64,000 bases of DNA from Vicugna vicugna (taxonomy: Eukaryota). The DNA lies in NCBI GenBank assembly GCA_013265495.1, contig MU060767.1, positions 5,195,546-5,259,545 on the forward strand. Direction: 5' to 3'. Below the pieces are notes generated by a model that saw only the letters and a list, made by a program, of their open reading frames with translations, was not told where the DNA came from and did no database searches. The position numbers and the translations under genes are program-made. How positions within the stretch are numbered: position 1 is the first letter of the stretch; every line of letters starts with the position of its first letter. Below, piece after piece: positions 15,732-27,638 of this stretch.

Positions 15732-17457
15732 TTACGCCACAAGCGTGGGCCGCCAGGGATGTGGCTCCCGCGTTAGTTTCAGCGTGTAGCTGCGCAGGTG
15801 TGGGCAGTGCGCGCGGAAGGAGTGCAGCACTGAGGCTCTCACTACGCAAAAGCAGTGCACTTCGCGCAGCTCCGCGCAGCGCGCCGCCAGCTCCTCCAGC
15901 GCGGTGTCCAGCTCTGCCGAGGACGTGGCGCGCACCTCGAGCGCGCGCAAAGTTGCGGCGTAGTGGTGCGCTGCGAAGCGCACCGGGCCTACGGTGTCCC
16001 CAGAGAGGCTGAGGCGCAGCGCAGCCACTGGCACGGCAGGCTGCAGGACGCGCGTCACGCTTTCCTCAGGCAGCGCGGGCTCCAGCTCCAGCTCTACGGC
16101 CAGTCCAGGGTGGCGGCGGCTCAGCGCCGCCCAGGCATCATTAGGTAGGGGGGGCGCGCGTGCATCTTCGGGGCACGCGCACCGCAGGGCCAGGAACTCA
16201 AAAGGCGAGCGGTCTGGCGCCGCCAGTACCTCGAGCGCGGTACGCGACAGGCTGGCCAGGTGCAGGCCGAGGGCGCGCAGGCGCGGGCATGCCTCTAGTA
16301 GCTCCAGCACCGAGCCAGGCCCCACGCTGCCCACCAGCGTACCGTTATCCAGAAAAAGACTGCGGAGCTCGCGGCAGCCGAGTGCCACCTGCAGCACCAG
16401 TGCATCGTCCAGTGTGAAGGGCAATCCCCGCAGGTCAAGGTGGCGCAGTGCGCCGGCGGCCCCACAGAGGGCGTGCAAGGAGTCCAGGACGTCGCGACCG
16501 GAGTCGAAGAGAGGCTTTTCTCCGCGGCACTCCAGGCACAGGCCTCGCAGCCCGGGGGTACGGCCCGCCAGTGCGGTCAGCAACTCTGTGGCCGCCCGGC
16601 GGCTCGGCTCCCTCGACGGCTCAAATTCCAGCCGTAGATTGTGAATGTGGTCCAGGCAGGCGGATAGATGTGGTGGCAGCATGCCTTCTAGCTCACATTC
16701 GCAACTTGGGGATAAAGTGGTAGAGAAAAGGCATCAGCCGAGTCTCGACGATCTGGAGAGAAGCCTCTACCCACCCCTCAGCCTGGGTTCCAGCTACCAT
16801 CCTCACTTCCTGCGCCCTGCCCACATACATTCCTGTCCTGACCATGCCTGGTCGCTCCAAGTTGATACTAGGAGGGAACTCCCATCCTATTCCTTTAGAA
16901 GACTTCAGATGCATCTGCCACTAGTTGAAACCGTGCCAGGGAGAGCCAATGATATTTTAGGAACTGGGTTTTCCTCACAGTCTTTAAGGAGCGGAGCGTG
17001 GCCTCTGGATGGTAGGTTCACAATCTGGCTGTGCCACTTCTCAGCTGAGTGAGGAAGTGATTAGATCTTCCGCCTCGTTTTCCTATCTGTTCAATGGAGA
17101 TAATAATACCGTCTATCTATAAGGTTTTCATGAGGATTAAATAAATTAATATATGTAATGTACTTAGAACAATGGTTGATACACAGTAGGTGAACAATAA
17201 GTGTTAGAAGTGATTATGCTTTTTAATATGGGGAGAGTCACTGCATCTACCCAATCCGACTCCACTGAGACAGGGAGAAGATAGGAGGGTGAAAAGCTGG
17301 TTCACCTGATGTTTGTGTCGTGCCACACAGCGCTGCAGGTGGCAGCGGCAGCCCAGGCTTTGCAGACCCTCGCGGCATTGGCGCGGCCCTGCAGGGGCAG
17401 ATGGCGGAAGATGAGCGCCAGCACCTCCTCTGGCAGCTGTTCTCCAGGCTCCGCCAT
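15732..17457 (-). CDS. FBXL8: F-box/LRR-repeat protein 8, 374 aa; complement(join(15732..16704,17306..17457))
   Basis: MAEPGEQLPEEVLALIFRHL F-box, LRR region, ending REPHPWRPTLVA*. Same length as the remembered human protein. The ATG exon starts at 17492; the intron 2 acceptor is AAG. Confidence 0.96.
16995..17210. mobile_element. MIR SINE in FBXL8 intron 2
   Basis: MIR core similarity (TTTCCTATCTGTTCAATGGAGATAATAATA ... GAGGATTAAATAA). Confidence 0.75.
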
Positions 17458-18151
17458 GGCCAGGCAGGGGCTGGGGGCTCCACTGCTCCCACCTGGAGAG
17501 AGAGGGACGTCCCTGGGCTCAGGAAGGCCAAAATTGAGCGGAATAACTGGAGACTATGTGTAGAAATCCTTGTGGCCGAGGAGCTGCTAAATAATTTGCA
17601 GAGCCTAGTGCAAAATGAAAATGCAGGTCTCTTTGTTCAAAACATTATTAAGGATTCCAAGACAGTGATAGCAGAGCATTTAACCAAGTTATTAAGCCAA
17701 GTGTGGGGCCCTGTGCAGCTGCACTGGTCTCAGACCCACGAAGTCAGTCCTGGATGCTGAGGATTTCTGATTCTCCTTTAAACTACACTCTCACTTGTTG
17801 AACAAATTCACATTTTATGCTATATTAAAAGGAACTCACCACGACTTGTGTGCGAGGTTGATAAAGGTGAATACCTGGATTTTGGACGATGCTATTGGAT
17901 CTTTTCCCCAGTTACCAAACCTTCCCTGAGGAAATTGGAGGGCAGCTGCACAAGGCCCTGACTCTAGATAACGATGTCCTCCTCCCAGCTCAGAGGGCCC
18001 GTCTCATCTCCTCTTGCCTCCTTCTATGTATGCTCAGAGCCACATGACGGCCTAGACTAGTCTCACAGGGCTCACTGAACTGTTTCCCTCCGAACTTCGA
18101 CCCTGAGTACTAGGGAAGGACTGAGCCCAAACACTGCAAGAGCCATTGAAA

Positions 18152-18330
18152 TGACGGCTTCTCAAAGGGCGCTGGGCATCAGAATCACCCGGACACTTGC
18201 TCACAATGCAGATTCCATGGCCCCACCGCCTAAATCAGGCTCTCTGAAAAAAAAAGTAGGGCTCAGGAATCTGAATTTCAACAAGTAGGGGTGGATTCCA
18301 CAGGTCCCAAGTTGAGAAACCCCGTCCTAG
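18152..18330. mobile_element. MER5A-like hAT-Charlie MITE
   Basis: TTCTCAAA...CATCAGAATCACC...AATGCAGATTCC...GAATCTGAATTTCAACAAG...TTGAGAAACC, typical of MER5A. Confidence 0.7.
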
Positions 18331-19125
18331 CCCAGCCAGTCACTATTGAGAGTGAAGATAAGAGTTAATAGGGCGGGAGTATTTGGGAAAACATTTAATT
18401 GGTCGGGACCACAAGCCAATCAGGAAGCAGGGGTGCGGGTGGTGCACTGCTGAATCCGCTCCGAGAAGGGAAGTTCCTTCCCTTCCTCCACTTCGCCGGG
18501 GAGATGTCCTGGGTGCTTCCTATGAAAGGCCGGCGGGGCAGAGAAAAGCTTGAAGTTCTGGGGCCTGAGGGACCCTGGGTACAAGTTCTGATCCTGACCC
18601 CCGAGTAGCCCAGGCTCCCGTGGGGCGGTTTAGGCTCAACTAGAATTGCGCACACCCACCTCAGACTGCGGCCTTTGTTAGAAAGTGTGCGTCCTCTTTG
18701 AAGTTGCCAATTTTATTTGAAGGCGTTTGAAGGTTTTCCTGCACATCGTCTTACACCACTTGCCAGTTTTCTATTTCCCCAGATTTTCTAGGCTAACAAC
18801 CCCTGCTGGAATTTGCGCCTAGTGTCTTCTATGGCTTCTGACACGCTCAGCCAGGCTTGAGCCTGGGACCCATCCGCATCCCGTTCTGAGCGTCAAGGAC
18901 TAGTACAGATCAGAGATCTTCGAGCTCGACCACCCAGAAGGCATCAGAAAAATCTGGTCCCCACGGGGCGCCCCCTTGTTGATCCGTCCGTACTCCGTTC
19001 TCCGCTGTAGAAAGAGGAGCACTCCCACCATAGGGCCCTCCGGTCTCATAAGAGCCCTAAGTCTTCGAAATCACTTGACGCAGGCAGTTCTTCCTGCCGT
19101 CTAACCTCGGGCGCTGGGGTCTTAC

Positions 19126-19344
19126 CTGCTCAGTGGACCAGGTGGGCTTTGCTCAGAGGCTGGGGACTGGCAGCAGCGGACAGTGGCGGGAAGGAACCGC
19201 AGGGAGCCCGGGGGGCGGGACGCCGGGACGGACGGGGCGTCTCGGACTGGGGCACCGCCCCTGCGCTTCGCGCACACCCGGAAGCAGCGCGAGTCCAGTA
19301 CAGCCGGGCGGCCGTGGGAATCCGAGCCGGGCCGAGGCGGCCAG
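19126..19344. promoter_or_regulatory. FBXL8/TRADD bidirectional CpG promoter with both non-coding first exons
   Basis: Minus-strand donor CAG|GTAAGA (FBXL8 exon 1 end 19126) and plus-strand donor CAG|GTTAGT (TRADD exon 1 end 19344). ETS/GABP motif CCGGAAG at 19278-19284 lies between them. Confidence 0.8.
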
Positions 19345-21309
19345 GTTAGTGCATAGGGTGGGTGGGCTTCTCGGTGCCGGCAGGAGCAGGGGCGGATCCT
19401 GGCTCAGGAGCATGGGCGAGGCGCGGTTATCGCCCGCGGCTCCTCGGGCCAGGTGGCAGCTGCGGCCTATTGGGCAGTTTCCGTGAGAAGCGGGAGGGAG
19501 GGTCCGGACCTTGGCCCCCGCAGCTTCCTTGTCCCAGCTAGGGGCTTTCAAGGGGCGGCAGTGCCCTGTGGGTGAGAGGGAGGGGAGGGGCTGGTTCTGA
19601 ACAGATCTGTGGGCCGAAATTTCTTGCCCTCCCCAGCCGGTCCCAAGTGCGATACTCCTGCATGAAGGTGGGCTAGTAAGAGGCTGGGGAGCGCTCCTTG
19701 AGAGTTTGGGAGCGGCCTGCTGAGCAGGATGCAGGGACTCGCAGCTTTTCTGTCTTTGAGGGGTCACGCCCGCAGGCCGTCACTGTCAACCCGGCCGGAG
19801 GTGAGGCTACTCGGGGACTATTAAGCTGTGTTAATGGAGCGCTGAGCTGGCTGGCTCCTGGTGGTAGGGGCATATTTTCTTGAGTCGGTACCCACGTGTC
19901 CCTCACAGTCTCATTCCAATTAAGAGTTCCCAGGAACTAGCCCAACCCCGCCCTCAGAGAGGCGGACTCCGGGTGGGTGTGGCGCGGGACTTCCCAAGGA
20001 GGGGCTTTTGTGAAGGACACGCAGAAAGAAGTTCCCAAAGGCGTGATGGGAGCCAAGGGCCCTGGCCGCTTTTCAACCCTGTTTTCTGACCTTCAACCTC
20101 CAGCCCGGCAGACCTATTTGTCTTCTCTTAATTGTTCAGTACTAGTGAGTGTGACAGAGCATCCCCCTCCCCCAGGTTTTCAGTGTCCCCTAGGCAGGAC
20201 CTATTGGCAGACTCTGGCTGGGTACTGCCCCTACATACCCATCCCTTGGGGCAGGACCACATCCACCCAGTCAGCACCCTCAAGTTAGGGGGCTAAGAAG
20301 ATATGAAAGAGGGTATCTGAAGGCAGGTTCCCACTCCTCTCACCTTGGGCCACTACCCCAGGACTTAACTGCTCTTCATCCTACTTGTCATCTACCTCGG
20401 TTTTTTGGGGGGGATGGGTTGCTTTTTAAGAAAAATACATTTATTTTGCATTTTTCATACAAAAGAAATGTGTCTATTTTACATAAAGTAGAATATTGCT
20501 AAATTCAATGAAAATAAAAATCACCCCAAATCTCACCCTCTCCCAACAGAGGTAAAGAATGCTAATTTCCTGTTAGTTTCCAAACTATTGTTTTGGGTAA
20601 ACACACAAGTATTAGTATATTTTCTTCCAAAAGGTTATGGGGTGGGTTGCTCAAAAGGTACGTCCCCTGTGCTCAGACCCAAGGTAGGGTTATCAGGTAT
20701 CATTTTTCTTGCCAGGACTGGATGATGCTGGAGGGCCCCCTGCCTGTTATTGTCCCAGTTTTGGCCCTCAGGTTAGGGTCTGGGGGCAGATCTGAAACAC
20801 AGCCACTGCTTTGAGCTCAGGGTCCCTACTCCCTCCCAAACAATATCCAAGGCTATGGTCCTCGCTCCTCCTGGCATCCCTCCCCTGAACTTTACTGTCC
20901 CTCATGTAAATGGATGCCACCTGGGGCCACCTCACTTTTCCTTCCCAGAGCAACCATCACAGCTGAAACTCAGCACCCCTCCTATCCCACCATATATAAA
21001 TGCCAAAGACCAGAGAGTAAAGAAGTGTGACTGATGGGCAAGAGGTGGGGCCTTGAACCCATTTTTCTAGGAAAAGGATGGGATGTTGCCTCGGGTGAGG
21101 TCAGAAGGAAGAGGCAGGGCATCTCCCCCCTTCCCTGCTGCCTCATGGTCCAGAAACTGGGAGGCCACTGAACTGAGGGCCAGTCCAGTGGTTCTCTGAC
21201 AGAGAATTTTGCCCTTGGTCTAGGAGCTAGGATTTTGTCAAAGATAGATGGAAGAGATACTAGCACCAAGAAGCCCTGACTCTGTCTATATAGGCAAGGA
21301 GTCTAACAG

Positions 21310-21740
21310 AACAACCTGAGTTGCGTAAGACAAAAGCCCAGCTCCAAGGATTTTAGAACAAAAAGAAATAATTTAGCTCACATAACTGAAAAGTCCAGGG
21401 TGCAGGTAGAGCCAGGGGGAGAGTGAGGTTAGGAGTACATCTCTTCATTTCTTGGCTCTGTAGCCTTCTGTGCCAGTTTCATTCTCAATCAGGCTCTTCC
21501 CAAGCAGTAGCAAAGGAGACCTACCCTTCCTTCTAGTTCAGGTTCAAGATAGGGAAGGAAAACTTCATCTTTCCTATTGGTCCAACCAAAGTTGCAGGTT
21601 GATTCTGATTGGTCCAACTTGAATCCTATGCCCAACTCTGAACAAATCATTTCAGGAAGGTGAATGGAATATGCAGATTGGCCAGACCTGTTGCACTTGC
21701 CTAGGCCTGGAGCTAGGGAGTGGAGTTAACCCTTCTAACA
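21310..21740 (-). mobile_element. Old MaLR LTR (MLT1K/L-like) in TRADD intron 1
   Basis: GCTCACATAACTGAAAAGTCCAG and GATTCTGATTGG motifs typical of antisense MLT1 LTRs. Boundaries approximate. Confidence 0.55.
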
Positions 21741-22323
21741 GGCATATGCTTGAGAAAACGAGAAGGCCCCAAAAGTCAGTCAGGATTGGGGGAGGGACCT
21801 GGGCAGGCAGAAACTCTAGTATAGTAGGAATACAGGTGAGAAAACCTAAGTGGGGGACTGTGGTCCCACAGGGATCCTGGGGGCTCAAATTTAAGCTGAG
21901 GGCATACCAGAATACGGGTCAGGTTGTCTGTGGGGCATGGGCACCATCAGGATGAGAATGTTTCCAGGCAGCTTTGATAAGAGAGACATCGTGGCCTGAG
22001 GAGGGGGCAGAACTTGTTTGCTTCCGCTGAAAGATTGTCCCTCTCCTCTCCCACCACTGTGACCCTGGGCTATTTCTCTGAAAGTGCAGGGGAGGGATAG
22101 TCCTCACCATAAAACGTGGCTGAGTTGGGCTAGGTTGATCTGGGCTGGGTTGGGCTGGGCTATGCAGAACCTGAAACACAAGGGACTGCCTGTGGGATGA
22201 TGAACTTCCCCTCACAAGTGTGCCAGCTGGGTGGGGACAGCTGGGCCATGTGGGACTGGATAGTTGCCTCCAGGGCTGGGTTGGGGGTGATCTGGATGCC
22301 AATCTTTGTCCCCAGGAAGCAAG

Positions 22324-24379
22324 ATGGCAGCTGGGCCAAATGGGCTCGAGGAATGGGTGGGCAGCGCATACCTGTTTGTGGAGTCTTCACTGGACAAGGT
22401 GGTCTTGGCAGATGCCTACGCTCACCCCCAGCAGAAAGTGGCAGTGTACAGAGCTCTGCGGACTGCCCTGGCAGGTGCGTGGGTGGGCAGCACTTGAAGA
22501 GGAATGGGTGGCCTGGGGCCTTTTGTGAGGGGGGCCAGGGACTGAGACCCTACCACTTCAACTCTATGGGCCTGCACTTAACCAGTGCTTTAGGGAAAAG
22601 ATTTGTTGCAAAAGGTAGGACATAGGCTGGCTGCATAGGCTCTGTCTTCTTTGTTTACACATGTGTGCCCTTGAATGTAAACTTGTGTCCCTGTGTCTGT
22701 GTACCATCTACTTATGTATGCACTAATGTCCCTCTGCTCCATGCCCCCTACTCCCCAGATCAGCCCGTTCACTGCTTTCTACTAATCTCACATCTCTCTC
22801 CTCTTTTCCTTTCTCACTGCAGCATTCCTTGTCCAAGACCTCTCCCCAGTACCTACCTTTCAGGTCCCCTTTTCCCATCTCAGGAAGAGGCCACAGAAGG
22901 CTGAAGCGGGTGGGGTGGGTCTGGCTCCAGCCTCAGAGCAGAGAGAGCCCCTCTCCTTCCGGGGCGGGGCTGGGGGAACCAAACTAGGAGGCAGAAGACC
23001 TGAGACCTCCTGCCCCTCCCATGCCCTAACAGCCACCTACCCAGAGGTCTTAGCCCCTTAAGGCACATGTGCCTCTCTATGCTGCAAAGTCTCCCCACTT
23101 CCCTTTTGCCCACCCTCATTTGGGGCTTCAGGGATGGGGTCTAGGGTGGCACCCACGCCGTCTTAGGGTGCTCCCTGTGATAGGTCCTGGCCTTTATCCT
23201 GGGTTGCTTCTGTCTGTATCCCAATTTCGCTTCCCAGCTGGGAGTTCTGGGGTATACCACGCCCACAGGTCTGGGGATGGGGAGGGCGTCTGACCTCAGG
23301 CTTCATTCCTCCTTCAATCTGTTGGAGAACGGTCCCGCGTGGGTACCGCTGGCACCTGACTGCCCGCCTCCGCAGAGAGTGGCGGGAGCCCAGACGTGCT
23401 GCAGCTGCTCAAAATCCATCGCAGCGATCCGCAGCTGATTGTGCAGCTGCGTTTCTGCGGGCGCCAGCCCTGCGGCCGCTTCCTCCGCGCCTACCGCGAG
23501 GGGGCGCTGCGCGCCGCGCTGCAGGGGTGTTTGGCGGCGGCGCTTGCCCTGCACTCGATGCCGTTGCAACTGGAGCTGCGCGCCGGCACGGAGCGTCTGG
23601 ACACCTTGTTGACCGATGAGGAGCGTTGTTTGAACTGCATCTTCGCCCAGAAGGTGCGGTCGGGCTGGGGCCGGGCTGGGGTAGGGCAGGGATTGGCGGC
23701 TAAGACCCCCACCGACGCCGCACTCCCCTCCCTAGCCCGACAGGCTCCCCGACGAGGAACTCACTGAGTTGGAGGACGCGCTCAGGAATCTGACGTGCGG
23801 CTCAGGGGGCCAGGGAGGCGAAACGGAGGGTGCTCCAGCCCCCTCGCAGTCCCTGGCCCCCTCTCCAACGGAGGAGAAGCCGCTGCCGTCTGGCCAGACT
23901 TTTCTGTTCCAGGGTCAGCCCGTAGGTGAGGCGTCCGGAGAGAGGCAGAGGCAGGGTCGTCGGGAGGATGGAGTCTGGGGAAGTGTGAGGTCTGGAAGGG
24001 GTAGTCGTAGGGTGGGGGTAGAATGGGACGGTATACCGAACTCACTTCGCTTCCCACTCCCCCTGCAGTGAACCGGCCGCTGAGCCTGCAGGACCAACAG
24101 ATGTTCGCGCGCTCAGTGGGCCTCAAATGGCGCAAGGTGGGGCGCTCCCTGCAGCGCGGCTGCCGCGCGCTGCGGGATCCAGCGCTTGACTCACTGGCTT
24201 ATGAGTACGAGCGCGAAGGGCTATACGAGCAGGCCTTCCAGCTGCTGCGGCGCTTCGTGCAGGCCGAGGGGCGCCGTGCCACACTGCAGCGCCTGGTGGA
24301 GGCGCTCGAGGAGAATGAGCTCACCAGCCTGGCGGAAGACTTGCTGGGCCTGACGAATCCAGATGGAGGCCTGGCCTAG
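22324..24379 (+). CDS. TRADD: TNFRSF1A-associated via death domain, 309 aa; join(22324..22474,23376..23653,23736..23925,24069..24379)
   Basis: [34 protein letters not shown] domain and C-terminal death domain ([15 protein letters not shown]...[14 protein letters not shown]). GT-AG introns in phase. Acceptor at 22315. Confidence 0.97.
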
Positions 24380-24872
24380 GTTGGGTACCAGAGAAAGGGG
24401 TGGTGAGCCAGTTGCCCAGCCAAGGTTTGGAGCACTTGGATGACTCCATAGGGTCCCTTCTGCTGCTACTGCTGACTGACCTCTGTTCATCCAACGGACT
24501 CTGAGACCACAATTACCACCGCACTTAGCGGAGCTGCTGGAGCTGCTGGAGCTGCTGGATGGAGTTGACTATCTTTTGCAGGAGTCCGACAAGCACTCAC
24601 AAGCCTGCTGGGGCGTCACTGGGGGTTCTGCTCTGGAGACTTTGATAGAGACAAAGTGTATGGGTGACCTGCTGCAGAGGTTGGCCTCACCCGCTCCCAC
24701 CCCAGAAGAGGGGCTTCCAGTCAGACCTTACCTCTTCACTCATTGAACCTTCACTCATTAAGAAACTGCTGTATTCTAGGCATCATCTTGGGTGCTGCAA
24801 ATACTGTGGTACACGAATCCTGCCCGCGCCCAGCTCACACTCATTGTGAGACTCCAAATATTAAGCAACAGT

Positions 24873-24878
24873 AATAAA
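24873..24878 (+). terminator. TRADD poly(A) signal AATAAA
   Basis: First AATAAA, about 500 nt after the stop. Confidence 0.7.
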
Positions 24879-24989
24879 ATACCACCCGTTTTTTGATGTG
24901 AAAAATACAAGGAGTTGTGGGAGTGACTAAGCAGGAGCCTAACCCAGGTTAGGAGTCAGGTTTCCTGGGAGAAAAATAGGTGTGAATGG

Positions 24990-25800
24990 TGGGTAGGAGG
25001 GTTGAGAGAAGAGCATGGGCAGCCTCAGATGAGGTCTTAAGAAACATGAGAGGGAGGCGTGTTAGAAAAACAAATCATCTAGAATGGCTGGATCTAGAGG
25101 TGGGTGGATTTGCAGAGAGACCCACTGGTGAGTGAGGGAGGCAGATAGTGTGGGGCCTGGAAGTCATTTTACAGAGCCTGGATTTTATCTGGGGGCCAGT
25201 GAGAAGCCTTTAAAGGGTTTTGGCAGTTAAGGCTGGGAGGCTGGTGAGGACGCAGAGAGAGAGAGGACAGCAGTCCAGGCTGAGCTGTTGGCAGCAGAGA
25301 TGGAGGGAAGGGATGAACACTGAGAGCTGTTGAGGAGAAAGGATAACAGGCCTGGTGACACTGAATGAGAAGGGAGGTGGGAGAGGACCCCAGAGTTTCT
25401 GTCTTTGCCAGCTGGATGGAGAGCAGAGCTGCCTGCTGAGTTAGGGGCTCTGGTGGAGGTGCAGTGCTTGCTTTGTTTGGGACAAGTTGGGCATGATGTT
25501 CCTGTAGAATATCCAGGGAGGGAGTCTGCGCATAGCTGGATCTATAGTTTTGAGTTCAGGAAAGGGACAAAGCTAAGGATTCACAAATGGACAGGTAGGA
25601 GTGGGTGAGGTGGCCAGGGGGTAGGTCCTGAAGGACACCAACCAGAAAAAGAGCAACCCAAAGAGGAAGGAGGAAAACCAGAAGGTTTGGAAGCCAGGGA
25701 AATACCCACCTGCTGTGATGGAGGCTGCAAACCTGTCAAGGCTGAGTATCCACTGGAGTCAGGGAAAATGTTACTAGGTGGAGGCTGTTTCTGGGACACG
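24990..25800 (-). mobile_element. Degraded LINE-2 fragments between TRADD and B3GNT9
   Basis: Purine-rich sequence resembling antisense L2. Identified by eye, boundaries approximate. Confidence 0.5.
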
Positions 25801-27049
25801 GTGGGGACAGCCTGAAGCCAGACCATAAGAGGGATGGGAGGTGAGGCAGTAGAGAAAGCCAGAGCAGAGGGCTCCTGAGAATTCTGTGAACAGGAGAATG
25901 AGGCTCAGGATACAGGATTTGTTTTTTAAGGGAGAACACTGGTAGGAAGTCAGAAGCAGCAGTCATAGCCACTGGAAAGAGGATGGTGCTGGGTAGCGGT
26001 GCTGGGTAGCAGTGCTGGTTCGCACAGCCTGCCCTCAGAAGCTCCCAGGTGGGGTAAGGGGTGGAGGTTGTCTACTCCAAGACCCATTGCATGAGCTGGG
26101 ATCTGGAGGCTCTGAGTTCCAGGAAGTGAAAGGTGGCAGCAGAGCTAGGCAAGGCCTGAGCCCTCAATCTCCAGAGCACCTCTCTGCCTGCCTGGGTCCA
26201 GATCAAACAAACCCTTTGCTTGCTAGCCTACTTCAGGAGTCCCCCAAGCTGAACCAATCCCTGCCAGCCCTACCGGACCTGCAGGGGGCCCAAGCTTGGC
26301 TATTTCTACCTGCAGGAGGCTACACTGGCCTGGACACTAGGGACCAGGGGACTGTCTCTAGGGAGACAGACTGAAGTGCTCACTTGTGAAGTTAAAGCAG
26401 ACAAGGTCATCCCCCTGTCCTGTATCCCAGTGGATGAGGGAGAGAGGCAAGGGAGGACATAGGAAAAAGTCCTGGACTGAATTCTGGAAGACCTGAAGCC
26501 GTGCTCTTACCTTCTGCCTGTATGATCCTGGGCAAGTCACTTACCTCCCTGAAGGGCAGCAACCCTATCTGGGCATGATCAATGAGAGCTGCTGCCAGGG
26601 TTGTGAGAACTGAACGAGCGTCTTGTTGGTTCTTGTGTGTGTGGTGTGTTTGCCGGCAGGCATGGCAGAACCAAGAGTAAGGAGGCAGCCATGTATCTGG
26701 AGCATTTTTTGGACCCTGTCTTCCAGAACCAGGGCTCCTGGTAAGCCAAGGAGAGGCGCCTCCTAGGGTGGGTTGGGAGGGGCCAGGTGTTTGCCAAAGT
26801 TGCTGGGCTCCAGGGATTTGGGACCCGCCTGCCCTGGTGCTCCTGCCAACCCAGGCCCTGACCCACACTGGAGAGACAGGGATGGGGAAACTAACCAGAG
26901 GGGCTAATGCTTCTTCCTGTCTCCTGGAAAGGCAGATTTGGGGAATTTGAGCCTGCACAGACACCAGAATCCACCTCTTCGAGCCTTCCCAGAGAGAGCT
27001 GCCAGTGAGGATCCCTCTCAGAAATTAGTTCCCACTCGGAGACAGGGCT

Positions 27050-27250
27050 CACAGCGGCGGCGCCAGGGCGGAGCTGAGCTCCAGATGTCCGGGCGCGCAC
27101 AGCTGTTGGGTCACGTGGCAGCGGCCCCGGGCCCCCCCTTCCTGCCAACGTTGCATTTGGCCCAGGCCCCGTCCATGGCCGCCCTTGGGACCCTACGCTG
27201 AGCCCCGGAGGCCCTGGCATCCGGGGCTGCGCCGCTCCCAAAGGTCAAAG
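27050..27250 (+). promoter_or_regulatory. B3GNT9 CpG promoter and non-coding exon 1 (likely donor AAG|GTGTGT after 27250; exon 2 acceptor at 27618)
   Basis: CpG-rich, GGTCACGTGG E-box at 27109-27118, and a polypyrimidine CCCCAG acceptor 20 nt before the ATG. Confidence 0.6.
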
Positions 27251-27638
27251 GTGTGTCAAGATTCCAAGGACGACCGTGGTGGGTAGGGATGGGTAAAATG
27301 GATTGGGCCTCAGCGCGGGAAGGGGGTGGGGCCGAGGCTCTGCGTGTCCTTGTCCCGGCCTTGGGGCACCGTCCTGGGCCGGAGCTCAGGGGTGGGAGTC
27401 AGCTACTAGGAGGAACTTCTTTCCCTTTCAGGGTGCCCATCCCGGTGGGGGGTGGTCAGGGCCCAAAGTAGGAGGACACTGGAGGGGGATGAACGGCTGG
27501 TAGCTGGAGACCCCGGAGTGTGGCCTCCTGCCCCCTCCCCTTGGGGAGGGCTGGGTAGGAAACCCTGGGGGCTGCTAGGTTCCCAGTCTGATGCCCTGAT
27601 TGAGTTCTCTCTCCCCAGGGGGCGCGGGCCACGCGGAC

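Noticed and set aside
15698-16723. Several plus-strand ORFs (up to 216 aa) opposite FBXL8
   Set aside because: Shadow frames of a GC-rich coding exon.
24530-24559. (GGAGCTGCT)3 in the TRADD 3'UTR and a 13-bp x2.5 repeat at 25986-26018
   Set aside because: Short slippage repeats without spacers; not CRISPR-like and no evident function.
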